DNA of 47,464 nt, from assembly GCA_004022145.1 (NCBI GenBank), contig RCNU01000032.1; one strand, 5' to 3'. A program made the translations under genes and the position numbers. The notes below the pieces were generated by a model. That model saw only the letters and a program-made list of their open reading frames with translations. It was not told the DNA's origin and searched no databases. This DNA is from Paecilomyces variotii (taxonomy: Eukaryota). Shown here one piece after another: positions 27,012 through 41,299 of the stretch (within the stretch, counting starts at the first letter, position 1; each line of letters opens with the position of its first letter).

Positions 27012-30000
27012 GAATCCCCCCTTTTATATTAAGGCGACATCCTTATTGCTATTACCTTTTGCACTTTTTGCTTAATTCTAATTACTAAATATATTTATCC
27101 TATTTAGTATCTATAAAAGCATCAGAATATTTAATAGTTATAGCTATTCTTATAGTTGTACTTATTAGCTATATAATATTTGCTTTACCTCTATTATTGG
27201 CGAATAATATCTACTCTTAATCTTACCTTACTTTCTTCTATTTAATATATTTATTCTTAAACTATAATATAGCTACTTATAAATATATATAGTATATTAT
27301 AATAGCTGCTGTTATTAGATCTATTCTTACTTTCTTAATAGCCGCTTTAAATATAAGGAATATATACTTTAAAGAAATAATAACCCTATTCTTATTTACC
27401 TATAAATATTATAATAGTATATCTATTCCTTTCTTTAGAAAGAGTTAAATATAAAGTATTTATCCTTTACTATAGGAAGAATTAGCGAATAGATTAACTA
27501 AGATAAGAAGAAGATGCTGCAGATTAGCTAATATAAGGCATTTAGACAGGGCAGTATTGCATTAAACAGCTAAAATAAAAAAAATCTTAAGTTAAAGCAT
27601 AGAAAAAAGAAGCATTTTTCTATAAATAAGGATACGCCAGCGCTGTTATATGTTATAAGGGTAATATTATTATTATTATAAAAGAGATCTATAATAATAA
27701 GATTCTTATAAATAAGCGGTTATATCTAGTCCTCTATCTAGATATTAATAGATCTTATTTATAATAGCTCCTTTAATAATATAGATATAGGCATTAGTTC
27801 CAGAAATTAAGAAATAGCATTAAAAATAGCTTTATTATATAACTTAATAATTACCTTCTAATAAGTATCTTATATAATAGCTTCTCCTATAGTAAGGCGG
27901 TTTATTAAGACTATATAAAGTGCTATTTTAGCCTTTATATTTTTATTAATAAAATAGCTAAGTTTAAGTAATTTATTAGAATTAGATTTATATAAATTAA
28001 GGATTATCTTTATTAAGAGGAGGAAATTAATAGCTATCTTATATAGTCTAGCTATAATATATTATTATTATCTTACTATATACTAATTTTAATTATCTTT
28101 ATCTATAATTATAGATAATATATTAAAATCCTTTAGCACATATATAATAGTTATAATTTAGGCTTTAAAATAAGATAGGTAATAATTTATATATATCTTA
28201 CCTTCTTTTTATATAAAAATATTATTATCTATTATTAAGAATAAAAAAACTAATAGAAGAGCTAAATATAGGGCAATTAAAGAATAAAATAAGGAAAGAT
28301 TAAAAATAATTATAATAGCCTATAGAATATAGTAAAGAGATAGAAGTTAACTTTTAATTATTAATAGTGCGATATAATAATAAATAAAGATATAGGTAAA
28401 AGTAAAGTTTAAATATAATAATAAAGCAGTTAAGTATATAAATAGCAGCTAATCTATTCTATTTATTTAGCCTTAAATACTAGTTACTATTATGCCGCCT
28501 ATAGTATTATTTTTTAAATATAATATTTATAGTATCCCTGTAATAGTTCCTTAAGATTAATAGGACTATATAATCTATTATAATTATAGATAAGATCTGC
28601 GGTATTAGTAAGATCCTTAATATTATATCAGATATTAAATTCTAGGCTATAACCTAGCTATCTGATAAAATATTTAATAATATTCTTTTTTTATACTCTG
28701 GGCACGCATTAATCTACTAGCTATTTAATTTTATAATAACCTATATCTTCTTTATTAACCTATACTAGGGGCAAATTATATATGGGTTAAACTTAGTAGA
28801 ATAAGTTATTACTATAATATAGTTCTAAATATACTATTAAAAATATATTATAATAATACTAGTATAATAAGATTTTTCGCTTATATATTAAATATCTAAC
28901 TTAATAAAAAACCTTTAGCAGGCCCATAAATTACACTAATAATTTAGGTCTAAGCTTTATTAAATTAGATATATTATACTTATAATAAAGCTATAGTAAA
29001 ACTAAATTACTAGAGGTAAAATATATAGCCTTATAATATTAGTTATAGACTCTTTTAGCATCTATTACTATAAGTTAGAGTGCCTTATATATATTAAAAC
29101 AGCATATAAAATCTTAGATTATTTTATTATAAAGAATTATAGTATTACTAAGATATATTTTAAATATAAGATTATATAATAACTTTATTATAGCAGTTAA
29201 TAATAAAAAGTTTAATATTATTTATATATATAGGAGTATCTTTAGCTAATTTATAATTATCTTAAGCATTATAATATAATATTATAATATAATTTCTGCT
29301 ATTTAATTTATTCTTTTAAATTAGCTATTAGTTTATAAGTAATAGGCTATAGAGTATAATAGCTTAATATTTAAATCTTTAAAAAGGCTAGTCTATAATT
29401 CTAAAAAAAACTTTTAATTATAGTCTAATATTATAATAAAGGATAGACCTTAATTATTTACTTAGAAATACTTAAGTAGGGCTGTAGCCTAATTATAGAC
29501 TATTTATATATTCTTTCCTGCAATAAAAATAACTCTCTTAGTAAATTTATATATTATTATTAGCATTTAATTATATTCTTTTATCTAAGGTAAACCTAGG
29601 ATAAAGTCTAGGATAATTATATAAAAAGGGATTTTAGGTAATAGGATTAATTAATAACTTCTATAAGGAGAATACTAATATATTTAGTTAATCTAATATT
29701 TATAGCAATATCTGATATATATCTTAATATACTTTATTATCTAATAAATAGCGAAGCTATATAGATAAGAGATTATCTTATAGTAGCCCAGATAACCTAT
29801 ATTATTATAAGTTATTTTAAAGACTTCTATAAGGACTAATTTAAGCAGGTATAGCTATTTAAAACTATTAGAGCTAATTGAATAAAAGAGTTTATTATAT
29901 AAAATAAAAGGCAGGACTGTAATATTATCTTATTTAGCCTTAAATAGGTTAAGGATATAGGCCCAGTAAAAATTAGTCTAATATCCCTATTTTAAAAGTT

Positions 30001-33000
30001 GCTTAAAATTATTTAATAACTCTAGTAGTATTATATTATAAACTAATAGTTTCTCTTTACTAATATAGGCGCAGCTAAAAAAGACTTTATAATCTAATTC
30101 TACTTCCTCTAGTACTACTATTAAAGATAATAATTTAGAGAGTATATCTATAATAATATTTTTCTTTCCGGGCTTATATTAGAGGCAAATCTTAAAGCAC
30201 TATATATATTATAATGCTCTAATAAGGCGCAAGTTTAACTTATTTATAGAGGAAGTTATTAGTATTATTTATTAGATAATAGTAAGCGTTATACTATAGT
30301 CTATAAATATAATTAGTAAATCCTTAATAGTCTTAATAATATAGCATAATTTATATAGGACCTAGATAAGGCAAGCTACTTCTATTTTTATTAGTCAGTA
30401 ATTTCTTTTAGCAGTATTTATATAATAACTAAAGAAGAGTATAAGCTATATATAGTAATAGTTTGCATTAGCTTTAACTTTTAGTACTATATATAATAAA
30501 TATTAATTATTTTTGGGATCTCCTTTATAGAGATAATATATAATTATTAAAAAACCTGTAGCAAATATATTAAAATTAATATAAAGCTATCTCTTTAGGG
30601 AGTAATAGACTAAGAATAAAAGAATAGTAAAGTATTTCTAGATCTTATTATAGGCGCAGAGCTCTATATTAGTTAGTATAGCCAGGGGAGTATCTATAGC
30701 TAACCGCTAATATACTATCTTACTATATAATTTCTCAGCTAGAGTATATAATAGCATAGTTTTTTAGTTCTTAAACAGTTCTACTATTATAATATAGCTA
30801 GAATAATATTATCTTATCTAATTAATAAGTCTAAGATATATCTTAAGCTATCTTAGATTAGCCGGGAAAGGTAATTTTATAATTACTTTTAACTTCTCCT
30901 CTATAGAGGATAAGCCTAATATATTAATATATTAGCTGAGAAGGTATATACTAGGATAAATAATATATAACTTCTCTAGGTTAATACCAATATTAAGCTT
31001 TTTAAGCCGGCTAAAAATAATATAAAGGTATTACTTATATTTATCTTCTATATCTAATATAACTATAAGATTATTAATATAAACCCTTATAAAAAGGAGA
31101 TTGCATAGCTTATTCTCTATCTATTTTTATATATAGGCTATAGCATTCTTAAAACCTATAATAATAACCTTAAAAATCTCTTATTCTCTATATATAATAA
31201 TGCTTAAATATTATTGTCTATTAAGATAAATACACCATTAATAAAAGAATCGCGTAGTGTTAAAGATTAAGATATAGCGCTTACTTATAATAAATAGAGG
31301 GGAATATAATAAATATTAGATTTTATTATCTTATTAAGTCCCTAAATATTAATAATAACCCTGGCTTTTCTTATAATCTTATTATTTTTAATAATATTAT
31401 GCTAGATAATAAATATAAGGTATCTAATAAGGATATAATTAGTAGCCTATTTTATCTTATTTTATCTATAGAGTTTATTAAACTTCTTATTAATAACTTT
31501 ATATTCTTTTAGTCCTAAGGAATAGACTTTATTATAATATAGTGCCTCCTTTTCCTAATCTTAGGCAACTTTTATAATTATCTATTCTTTCTCTAGAATA
31601 TTAATAAAACTATAGTTATGCCAGATATTATATTATTTAATAATATTATAAAATTACTAGTGTATAGCCTTATATTCTATATATATAGTTACTCCCTAGG
31701 GAAGCCTATATTTATATAGTCCTAGGCTTATTTAAGGAGATAATAAAATAGGTTCCTTAATAGGTTCTATTATAAGAATATTAGCGCTTAGTTCTATAAG
31801 AAATATATTAGTATTATTAAAATTATAGAATAATCTAAGATATATCTTTTTAATAATAGTCTACTCTTATATTATAGCATTAATTATATTAATAAAAGTA
31901 AAATATATATCTGCAATATATAATTAAAAGCTAAGAGGTATTCTGCTATAAAATAGCTTAAATAAAAAGTCTCTATCTCTTAGTAGTTCCTTAGTAATAT
32001 AAACTAATATCCTAACTATAAATTTAAAAAGAACTATAAACTTAGCTATAATATAAATAGAATATATCTTATAGCATTCCTTTAGAGTTATCTATATTAA
32101 GGCGCTTATATTTCTAATTCTTAATTAATATATTAAGAAATTAAGTATTATATATAATAGTATAATAATATTGCTCCTAATAAATATATGTGCTTATAAG
32201 CTATTAATAATATAAACTTCTATTTCTATATAAAATATAACTATATCTCTTCTAGTTAAGGCTGGGAAATCTAAGGATATTTTTATATACTTAGTTGATT
32301 TTTAAATTATTGCTCTAATACCTTTAATATATACTAGTCTATTAAGCTTAATAATCTTAATATCTAGTAAATATTGCTATAAGAATTTATAATTAATAAG
32401 TATTATATTATAGCCAGTATTAAAGATTAATTTAATATATTATACTAATCTAGTAAAGTGTGCAGTAATTATTATATATTGCTATATTTTAAAAACTTTT
32501 CCGGGGTATTAACTAGCTTACTTAAAAATCTTAATAATCTTTAGTTTATAACTCTAAGGGCTTTTAATATATTTATCCAATTTATTATAGATATAATAAA
32601 TATTAACTTAATAAGCTTAAATATTTAAGACTACCTTGCAGGCAGTATTACTAGGTTTAGTATAAAGTAAATTATAATAAAAGTCTACTTCGCGAAAATA
32701 TATATATAGGTAATTGTTTAAGATAAAAGAAATATAACAGATATAATATTTATAAGGCTTATAAATATTAGGATTAGTATTAAATTAATATTAGTATAAC
32801 AATCTCTAAAGTTATCTTTAAAATAATTAGGGTCTATAACTTCCTTAAAACCTTAATTCTAAAAATCCTAATTATTATATTCTTGCTTATTATATTCTAG
32901 TTAATTATTATAGATATTATTTTACCTAGTATAATATATGCTCTAATAAAAGCCGTCTTTAAAACTATAGTAATATATATTATCTTAATAATATTTATTA

Positions 33001-33390
33001 TCTATTTTAAATTTTATAGGATAATTATTAGCGTCCCTATAATAAGCCTGCGCCAAAATTATATTCTAATAACCTACTATACTGCTAAAGTTCCTCTATT
33101 ATATAGTATTCTATTGCTAATATTAGTATTAACTAGGCTAATAAGTTTAATTCTAATATAAGTATTAGGGAAATAATAGATAAAGCTATTACTATTATAG
33201 CTATTATAATTATTATTATTATTACTATAGCTATAGCTACTATTATTAATATTAGTTCTAAAAGCTAGTATTCTAACGGGGAAATAACTATGCTTATTAG
33301 TTAGGCTATAGCCTACCCTAATTATCCTAATTAATATATTATATGTTATAGGAGTTCTAATATCTATTCCTAGGGTTATTAAAAGGGGTA
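27012..33390 (-). mobile_element. Ty3/Gypsy chromovirus relic (gag end, PR, RT, RH, INT, chromodomain)
   Basis: De-RIPed FDTGC ~32410-32425; RVYIDDL ~31066-31087; HHCC and PFHTITLDFILGLP ~29590-29810; chromodomain EYFIRWLGYGPEFDIWY ~28622-28675; PPT ~27015-27025. Confidence 0.92.
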
Positions 33391-34867
33391 TTAGGAAATC
33401 TTCTCTAATTAATCTATTTTATATATAAAATAGTAATACTATAAAATAGTTCTATGCGCATTTTAATATATTTTAAAGGAAACCTTATAAAAGATTATAA
33501 TTATCTCTTTAAGCTTAATTGCTAAGGTATAAGTCTATATACTTATCTAATAAATACTAACTTTACCTTTATTTAGGCTATTAATACTATAGATATAAAA
33601 TAAGCTATTTTATAAAAGATATATTTAAGTCTAGTTAATAAGTATAAAGACTAATATATTCTATATTAACGCGATTACGATATTATTATAGTTAATATAA
33701 TTACCCTTTAATAAAGCTAAGGGATTAACTGTTTAAGGCAATAATTTAAGCCTTAGAGAGAAATTTAATATTAGTATTATTATTTATAGGCCCCTTAATA
33801 TTATTAAGCTTTAAAAAATAATAAGTTTATAATATCTAGTTAGATAGTAGATTTATTAATATTCCCTTAAATTAGTAAATAATTATTCTATTAAAGGAAA
33901 GATAAGAAATTAAGAATTAAATATTTTTAAATATACTACGATTTACTCTCTTAGCCTTAAAGATTATAAAGTTATTAATTAGACCTTTAATAAGCTATAT
34001 TAGTAAGGAAGGATAAAATATACTATTATATATATATATATTAAGCGAATATCTTATATTTATTATCTAGTATAATATTAAGAATAATATATAATAATTT
34101 ATAAGAGTAAAGTAATTATAAATATCTTTAGGCTAAACTATATTATTAAACTTAATACTTACCCCCTTTTATTATAAGAGGAGATTATAATACTTATAGT
34201 AAGAAAATATATTATTTTAATATTTAACATAATATCTTCTAGTATTAATAGTATATTTAGTATAATTATAAGACCTGCTTATTTATTATATTATATAGAG
34301 AATAGGAAATATTTAATATTATTATTATAGGGTTTTATAATATATTAGCTTATATATAGTATTAGATAAATTATTACTTATATACTTTTTATAAATTTAT
34401 AAAGATCTATTAATAACATTATAGTTGCCTTTAATATAGTTAATAGATATTATATATATCTATATGAAGTCTTTAAAAAAATGCAGGAATTAAATATTAG
34501 GCTTAATTTAAATAAATCCTTTATAAGATTTCCTTTAGTCTAATTACTAAGTCACTATATTAATTTATTAAGAATAAGTATTATTAGTAAGAAGGTAAAG
34601 GCTATAATTAATATTTTATTTCCTTATATAGCTTAAGCCTTAAAGTTATATTTTAGCTTAATAGAGTAGTTTAAGCAGTATATCTCTTAATATATTGAGA
34701 TTATTTAGCTGCTATAGCCTATAATTAGAAGATAATATTTTTTAATAAAGCCTTTATAAAAGGTAAAGTATAATAGAGCTTTATAAAAAAAATATAATAC
34801 TAGCTATACTTTTATAAGCTAAGATAAATACTTATAATATTATTTAAAGGTACTTTAATAACTTATT
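33390..34867 (+). mobile_element. Ty3/Gypsy PR-RT fragment
   Basis: RIPed PLPLQEE ~34160 and YIDDIVV ~34406-34425. Related in motif order to the minus-strand element beside it. Confidence 0.85.
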
Positions 34868-34980
34868 AGTTAAAAAGAACAGGAAGGAAACGACTTTTAT
34901 ACTAGCTTTAAAGGAAAGTATAACTTAGAATAAGAATAAAGTATAAGGGGTAAAACTAATATTAATATATCTTTATAATA
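34868..34980 (-). repeat. Short solo-LTR-like element (113 bp) flanked by TTATT
   Basis: Ends agttaaaaagaacagg...tttataata match the Copia-2 LTR ends. TTATT at 34863-34867 and 34981-34985. Confidence 0.65.
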
Positions 34981-34985
34981 TTATT

Positions 34986-37900
34986 AGTTAGTTATTTTTT
35001 AAATTAGTTAAATTCTCTTTTTAAGCTAGTATATTTAGTATAAAAACTCTTTTACCAGGCCGACTATTCTCTATAATTATATATATAATTATTCTAGGTT
35101 CTCTTATAAGGGAATTCCTTATATATCCTCTCTATAAACTGCTAGTCCTAATTATTATATTATAATACTCCTCCTTAGTCTAGACTTATTATCTTAATAA
35201 GTCCTAATTACCTAATAAATTTAGTAAAGCCTATCTTTAAAAGTAATTTAATAAATCTATTAGCTATTATATCTCTAGTCCTAATATATTCTATATTAAT
35301 TTAATTTATTTAGTATAGATCTTATATATAGTAATATATAATATTAATATGCTTTAATTTATTATAGATATATATATCTTTAATTAAGGATAGTAATACT
35401 TAATTATTTCTAAAGAGTTTTACTAGAGAGCTTATTATAATATTTAGCCTTTATTATTAAGGTTATAATAAACTTCTATTTTTAACTTAATTAGCTAATT
35501 AAATAGCCTATTATAATAAAAATATTTCTTAAGATTAATATCTAGTCTATTTTATCTATTATATAATTTAAATCAGAATATTTAATAAGTTTCTAGTCCT
35601 AATTTCTATAGAACTAGAGGCTTAAGTATATAATTAACTATAGGTATTTTATTAAAGATTTTAATAGCCTAAAATAGCCTTTAAATAAGTTAGATAGGTA
35701 TTAATTTAATTATCCTACTATAAATATAATATCTAATCTTATTAAGATTACTAGATAAATAAGTATCTTAATAATTTTTTAATATTCTCTTTAATTAGCC
35801 CTTTTATCTTATAAATTAGCTAGTTTTAAATAATTATACTTATTTAGTAAGATATTAATAGAGTAAGCCTTTTTCTTATCTATCTTATATCTTAATAAGA
35901 TCTTTTAAATATAATAGGATTAACTTATAATTAATATTCTTTCTGCTTTATTATAAATAATCTAAATATTAAATATTTTATTTACTTCTCCTAGATTCTT
36001 AATCTTATATACTATTTTAAACTCCTATTTAAACTAGTTAATATACTTTATTTATTTTAAGCTAATTAAGATATTATTAATATATATTAGGATTAAAATC
36101 CCTTTCTCTAAGTACTATAATAAGCATAAGTCTATATTTATTTAAATAAATCTTATTTTCTATAGTATTTTAATATAAAAATAGTTCTAATCTTATATTA
36201 TTTACTTTAGACTATATAAAGATTTTAAGACTTTAAGCATTATTCTTAATAGAATATCTATTCTAGGTAAAGCTATTATATAAATCTCCTCCTTTAATAT
36301 TAACTTAATAAAAATATTATTAATATTTATTATATAGTATTTATAGTCTTATATAGCTATTATAACTAAGAAAATTTATAATATATTATAATATAGGATT
36401 AAAATAAAGGTATATTTAAAATTAATTCTATACTTCTAGATAAATCTATAAGTAATAAAATAGGCTTTAAGATTTTATAGGGAATTATCTAGATTATATT
36501 TTATAGCTAGTATCTATCTGCTAATTATAATATTAGCTCCCTTTAATAAAATAATTAATTACCTTAAAATTTTTATTTATTTATAGTATATTTATCTTAG
36601 CTTTAAAAGCCTTTTATTATAATTTATCTTATATAAAATTATTAACTATAGTTATATAAAAATTAGGGATTTAAATATATTTTTTAATAGCGAAAGCTGC
36701 TTCTAATATATAGTTTATATATTCTTCTTTATCTAGGGCAATCTCTAGAATAATAAGGTTTAGAGTAAGTATTATTTTATAAAGTTTTATATCCTATTTA
36801 TTCTTTATAGGATTATATATTTCTCTCTTTTATTTTATTATTATAGAGATCTTAATATAAGATAAAGTTTAGATCTATATATATAGTTTAAGATAGGTAT
36901 ATTTTTATAATTATTCCTTAGAATTATCTTAAAGAAGTCTTTTATAGCCTTTATCTTTTAATCCTTTAATATTTAATAATTAATATTCTTAGGGAAGCTT
37001 TTTATAATCCTTTTCTAGTTCTAAAAGGGTTTAGGAGATATAAATATATAAGATCTCTGCCTTTTATTATTTAGTGCCTAATTATTAAGATTAGTATTCT
37101 ATAGTTCTAATTTATTAAGTAATTTTATAAGTTTAAACTTATAAAATCTTAGCTAATTAAATTATTAAGCTAGCAATATATTAGTTTATATAGCTAATTA
37201 CTCTCTTAGATTCTTTATTAAAGCTATATTTAATATAATCCTTTATAAGATATAGAGATTAATATCTTTTTTTATTTATTTTTAAAGAACTTAGCTTAAT
37301 AAGTTTTAATAACCTTTCTTATATTAAGTGCCTAAACTTTTTATTATTTATCTATACCTTTAATATATCTAATAAATATATATAAATATTTATAGTCTAT
37401 TAACTTATCTCTTTATATTCCTAGTAGTAATAAATTAGGGTTTATATATAATACTATTTAATATCCCTATACCCTTAGATAATTAATAGATAGTTTTATC
37501 TTAATAAATACCTTTTTAAGAGTTATCTATACTCTATTAACTATTAGTCTATTTAATATTTTATTCTTAATATATATATTAGTTTAAGTAGCTTTTATTT
37601 ATAGCTTAACTAAAAGATTAATATCTTTAAATATAATATAGGTTCCTCTCTTAATAGTCTAATATACTCTTTTAATTACTTTATTTTAAGATATATATAG
37701 AACTATTAATTTATAATAAATATTAAAATCCTTTTTTTATATCTTAAAAATATTCTTAAGTTTTAATATATTATCTAATTAAATATTAAATATTTTAAGA
37801 TTTATAAGTTTTAACTTCCTTTTTTTATTTATTTAAGATAGGGCTAATATTAGATTTAGCTCTTATTAAAAATATCTATATTTTTTATAAATAATTATTT

Positions 37901-38122
37901 ATAATAATTAGGAAGTAAATATATTTATTTTTTAACTCTGGCATTTAATTATATATATCTATGTAAATTAGTTTTAAGATACTTTCCTTTTATTTACTTA
38001 TTATATCTCTCTTATTTTTAATATTAGCTATAATATAAATTATATATTAATAATTATTAATAACTTTAATTAGTTTCTCTAGTATTATTATTTTATATAG
38101 GCTTTTAATTTTTTTAAGCTTA
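34986..38122 (-). mobile_element. 5'-truncated Ty1/Copia relic (Copia-3; 3' LTR, RH, RT, INT), related to Copia-2
   Basis: LTR agtt...tataata at 34986-35167, PPT ctctcctt at 35168-35175. ADGFTK ~35245-35265; YVDD ~36073-36086. Similar to 9000-11920; similarity stops at ~38122. Confidence 0.88.
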
Positions 38123-38138
38123 ATTAGCCCTAAAATCA

Positions 38139-39994
38139 GAATTATACGCAGTATAATCTTACTATTTTAATATAAATACCTAGCTTAATATAAGTCTATA
38201 TAAAATCTATTATTTTTTAAAGCTTTTAAACCTATTAAATCTAACTAATTGCCTGATTAAATATAATATTATATAAAATAAAATCCCCTTTAATTAGTCT
38301 ATACCTTTAAAGCTATTTTCTGTAGCTTAATTACCTGCCTAAACTTAATTATTACTTATTTTTATTTAGACTTTAACTTCTATAATATCTTCTTATTACT
38401 ATCTTTAAAGGTTTATAGTTAAATATAATCTATATTATATTTTATTATAATACCTCTATATTATAGAACTCTTTTAAATACTTTAGAATAAACCTAATAG
38501 GCTAATTATACCTTAGCTAAAGCCTTAAGCTTCTTTTATATTTAGTCTATAATATAAGACTAAATAATATTACCCTTTAGCAGTTTTTAAAGCCTATTAA
38601 TAAAGTAATCTAAATTAAATTTAAGCTAAAGTAGATACTATTTAAACTATTTAAATTATTTTATAGTTTTTAGTATAATATCTAAAATAAACAACTTATT
38701 AATAGATTAAGGGGTAGTAAGTCTATTATCTATTTCTTAAAGCTTATTTAATATAATATCTAGATTATATAGGTAAAGGCTAGTCTTTATAAATACGCTT
38801 TTAATAATAGAGGATTTAAAGGTTTTTAATTATATAGATTTAAGTATTTAAAGGAACTTATATTTACTAAATTTAGAATTACTTATTTTTATATTAAGAT
38901 TAATAGCTTTATTATAGTAGTGCTTAAATATTTAAAAAATACTAATATCTAGTAATTAAATTAAATAACTAGTATAAGGCATTAATATAAAAGGAGAATC
39001 TTCTTCTTTTTATAATAGTTAAGGATTTTATATATTAAATAAGAGCTATATCTATTATATATAGGAGATAATAAGTCCCTTATTAATAATAAGCTAATTA
39101 GCGATTAAAGTATTATATCTATTAATAGGTTAAGTAGTTATTTATATATTTAGTATTAAATACTTTAATAGCGGTATTAATATCTAAAAACTTAAATTAT
39201 CCTGCCTAGATTTATTAACTAAAATAATAAAAGGGGAAAGTATTAATTTATTAGCACTTATTGCTTTAATTATAATAATAACTCTTTAAAAATTAGTATA
39301 ACTACCTATATATAGCTTTACTATTCTAAGGTAATAACTTAATAATCTTTTCTTTCTCTTATTTAAAAGCCTATCTTATTTATATTATAAAGATCTGCAG
39401 ATTATATATTTAAATTAACTAGTATTTATTTATAGTAGTAATATTAGTCCTATATATTATTTAGGCGATAAGCTTTTTTCTTTTCTATATTAAGAGCTTA
39501 TTGCCTTTATATATCTTAAAATATTATTTAAGGAATTATTTAAGCTAATATTTGCTAATCTTTAGCAGAAGTATTAAGAGATCTTAATAAGCTTAAGCTA
39601 AGATTATATTTATGCAACTAACTACTATTTTTTATATTAGGGATAATCTAATTATATTTAAGCATTTAATATATTATAGATAGTAAGCTCTTAAGCTAGA
39701 GAGAATTATTAATTAGTTAGAAGTTTATTAGACTATAAAATATAACTATAATAGCAAGATAGAAAATATAGATAAGATATATTAAACTAATATATAACTT
39801 GCGTAATATTAAGTTTTAATTAATTAGACAATATAGTAAGGGCATATTAAATCCTATTTTTAATATTACTATAAGATTTAAATATTATAGTAAATTAAGA
39901 ATAATATAGGAAGTTAAAATTTAATAAATCTAGATAATTTTTTATTAAGCTAGGTATTTGCATTAAGATAGCGAGACTGTGCTACGCGTAATCT
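38139..39994 (-). mobile_element. Full-length pogo/Fot1-type DNA transposon (1.86 kb)
   Basis: ~50-bp TIRs (attatacgcagtataatcttactattttaatataaatacctagcttaat vs reverse complement of ~39944-39992). De-RIPed NMDETGF, DGHGSH and HTSHLIQPLDVGVF. Confidence 0.93.
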
Positions 39995-39996
39995 TA

Positions 39997-41050
39997 ATAA
40001 AAGGGCCAATTAGGGTAAAATATATAGATTATTAAAGACTAGGCATTAATATTATTTAAATAACTTTAAATTAGTAATTAAAGCCTCTCTTTAATAATTT
40101 TATTAAATTATAATCTTAGGTTTCTATTAAAATTATAGAAAGGCTTATTTAAGTATTTTAATATTAAGCTACTATATTTAATAATATATTACCTAAAGAT
40201 AAATAGGCGATTTAAGTAAATAAATTAAATAGCTAAGATTATTTTATATTATTATATAGCTACTTTAAAAGATATTATAGCTTAACTAAGAGTTTTACTA
40301 TTAATATAGCTAATATTAAACTTTAGCTTATTATCTATTTATTATAACTAAGTCTTCCTATAACTTAATATATAGTATTTAATTAAGTAATACTATAAAC
40401 CTTTATAATAAAGAGATTTAAGACTTTATCTTATAGTTTAATATATGCAAAGTACTTTACTTAGCTATTATAAATACTAAGTATATATATAATAAAAATT
40501 ATTAATTAATTTATTTTACCCCTAGTAATAAAATCTTATTATAATTATACTAAGGATATAATATTCTTAGTATAACTATTAGAAAAAAATTCTTAGTATA
40601 ATATATAAGGCTATTAATAATTAAGTATAAGATTAAATATTTTATATATTAGTTAAATATCTTAGCTTATTAGAGATACTATAATATCTTCTCTATTACT
40701 TATTTAAAGCTATATTATATAAATAATTCTTTTAAAAATCTTATACCCTTTAATAATATATTACCTATATATATTAATATAAAGAATATTAGTATTAATT
40801 ACTATAAAATTAAAACATTATTTAATTATTATACCTAGTAAGTCTAAGAGAAGATTATTATTAAGTATTTAGTTTATTAAAAAGAATATAATACTTATTA
40901 TAATATCTAATATTATCTTAAGAATTTACTTAATATATAAAAATTTAAAAATATAACTAGTATTTTAAACTACTAGCTAAACTATAGAAGCGCTATAAAT
41001 AATCTTATAAATAATATTAATTACTATAAACTAGCGCAGGAATAAATAAA
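39997..41050 (+). mobile_element. Ty3/Gypsy integrase plus chromodomain fragment
   Basis: De-RIPed SDRDPRFLSELW...STAYHPKTDGRSERTNQ at ~40100-40228; chromodomain YEIETL...EYLVRWKGY at ~40803-40890. Confidence 0.87.
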
Positions 41051-41299
41051 CTATAGGAATATTTAACTATAGTAAACATATATTAAAAAGAGATTTAGGC
41101 TAAAATTATTAAAGATGCAAGTAGTATTTTTATCTAGTCTTAAGAAAATTACTTTAATAGCTTATATATTCTATAAATAAAAAATATATATTTTATAGTA
41201 TAATACTAAATTATAATTAAGTGCTAGTAGAGCTAAGTGCAATACCTTATATTAATTAATTTATTCCCTAACTCTTAATTACTAATTATAAAGTATTAA

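Noticed and set aside
27520..27570. Helicase motif VI-like TALS(R)C on the minus strand
   Set aside because: Isolated match with no other helicase motifs in order; lies within the Gypsy 3' region.
39340..39994. Initially read as Copia gag/LTR shared with 13907-14985
   Set aside because: It is the 5' half of a pogo transposase (NMDETGF) ending in a TIR.
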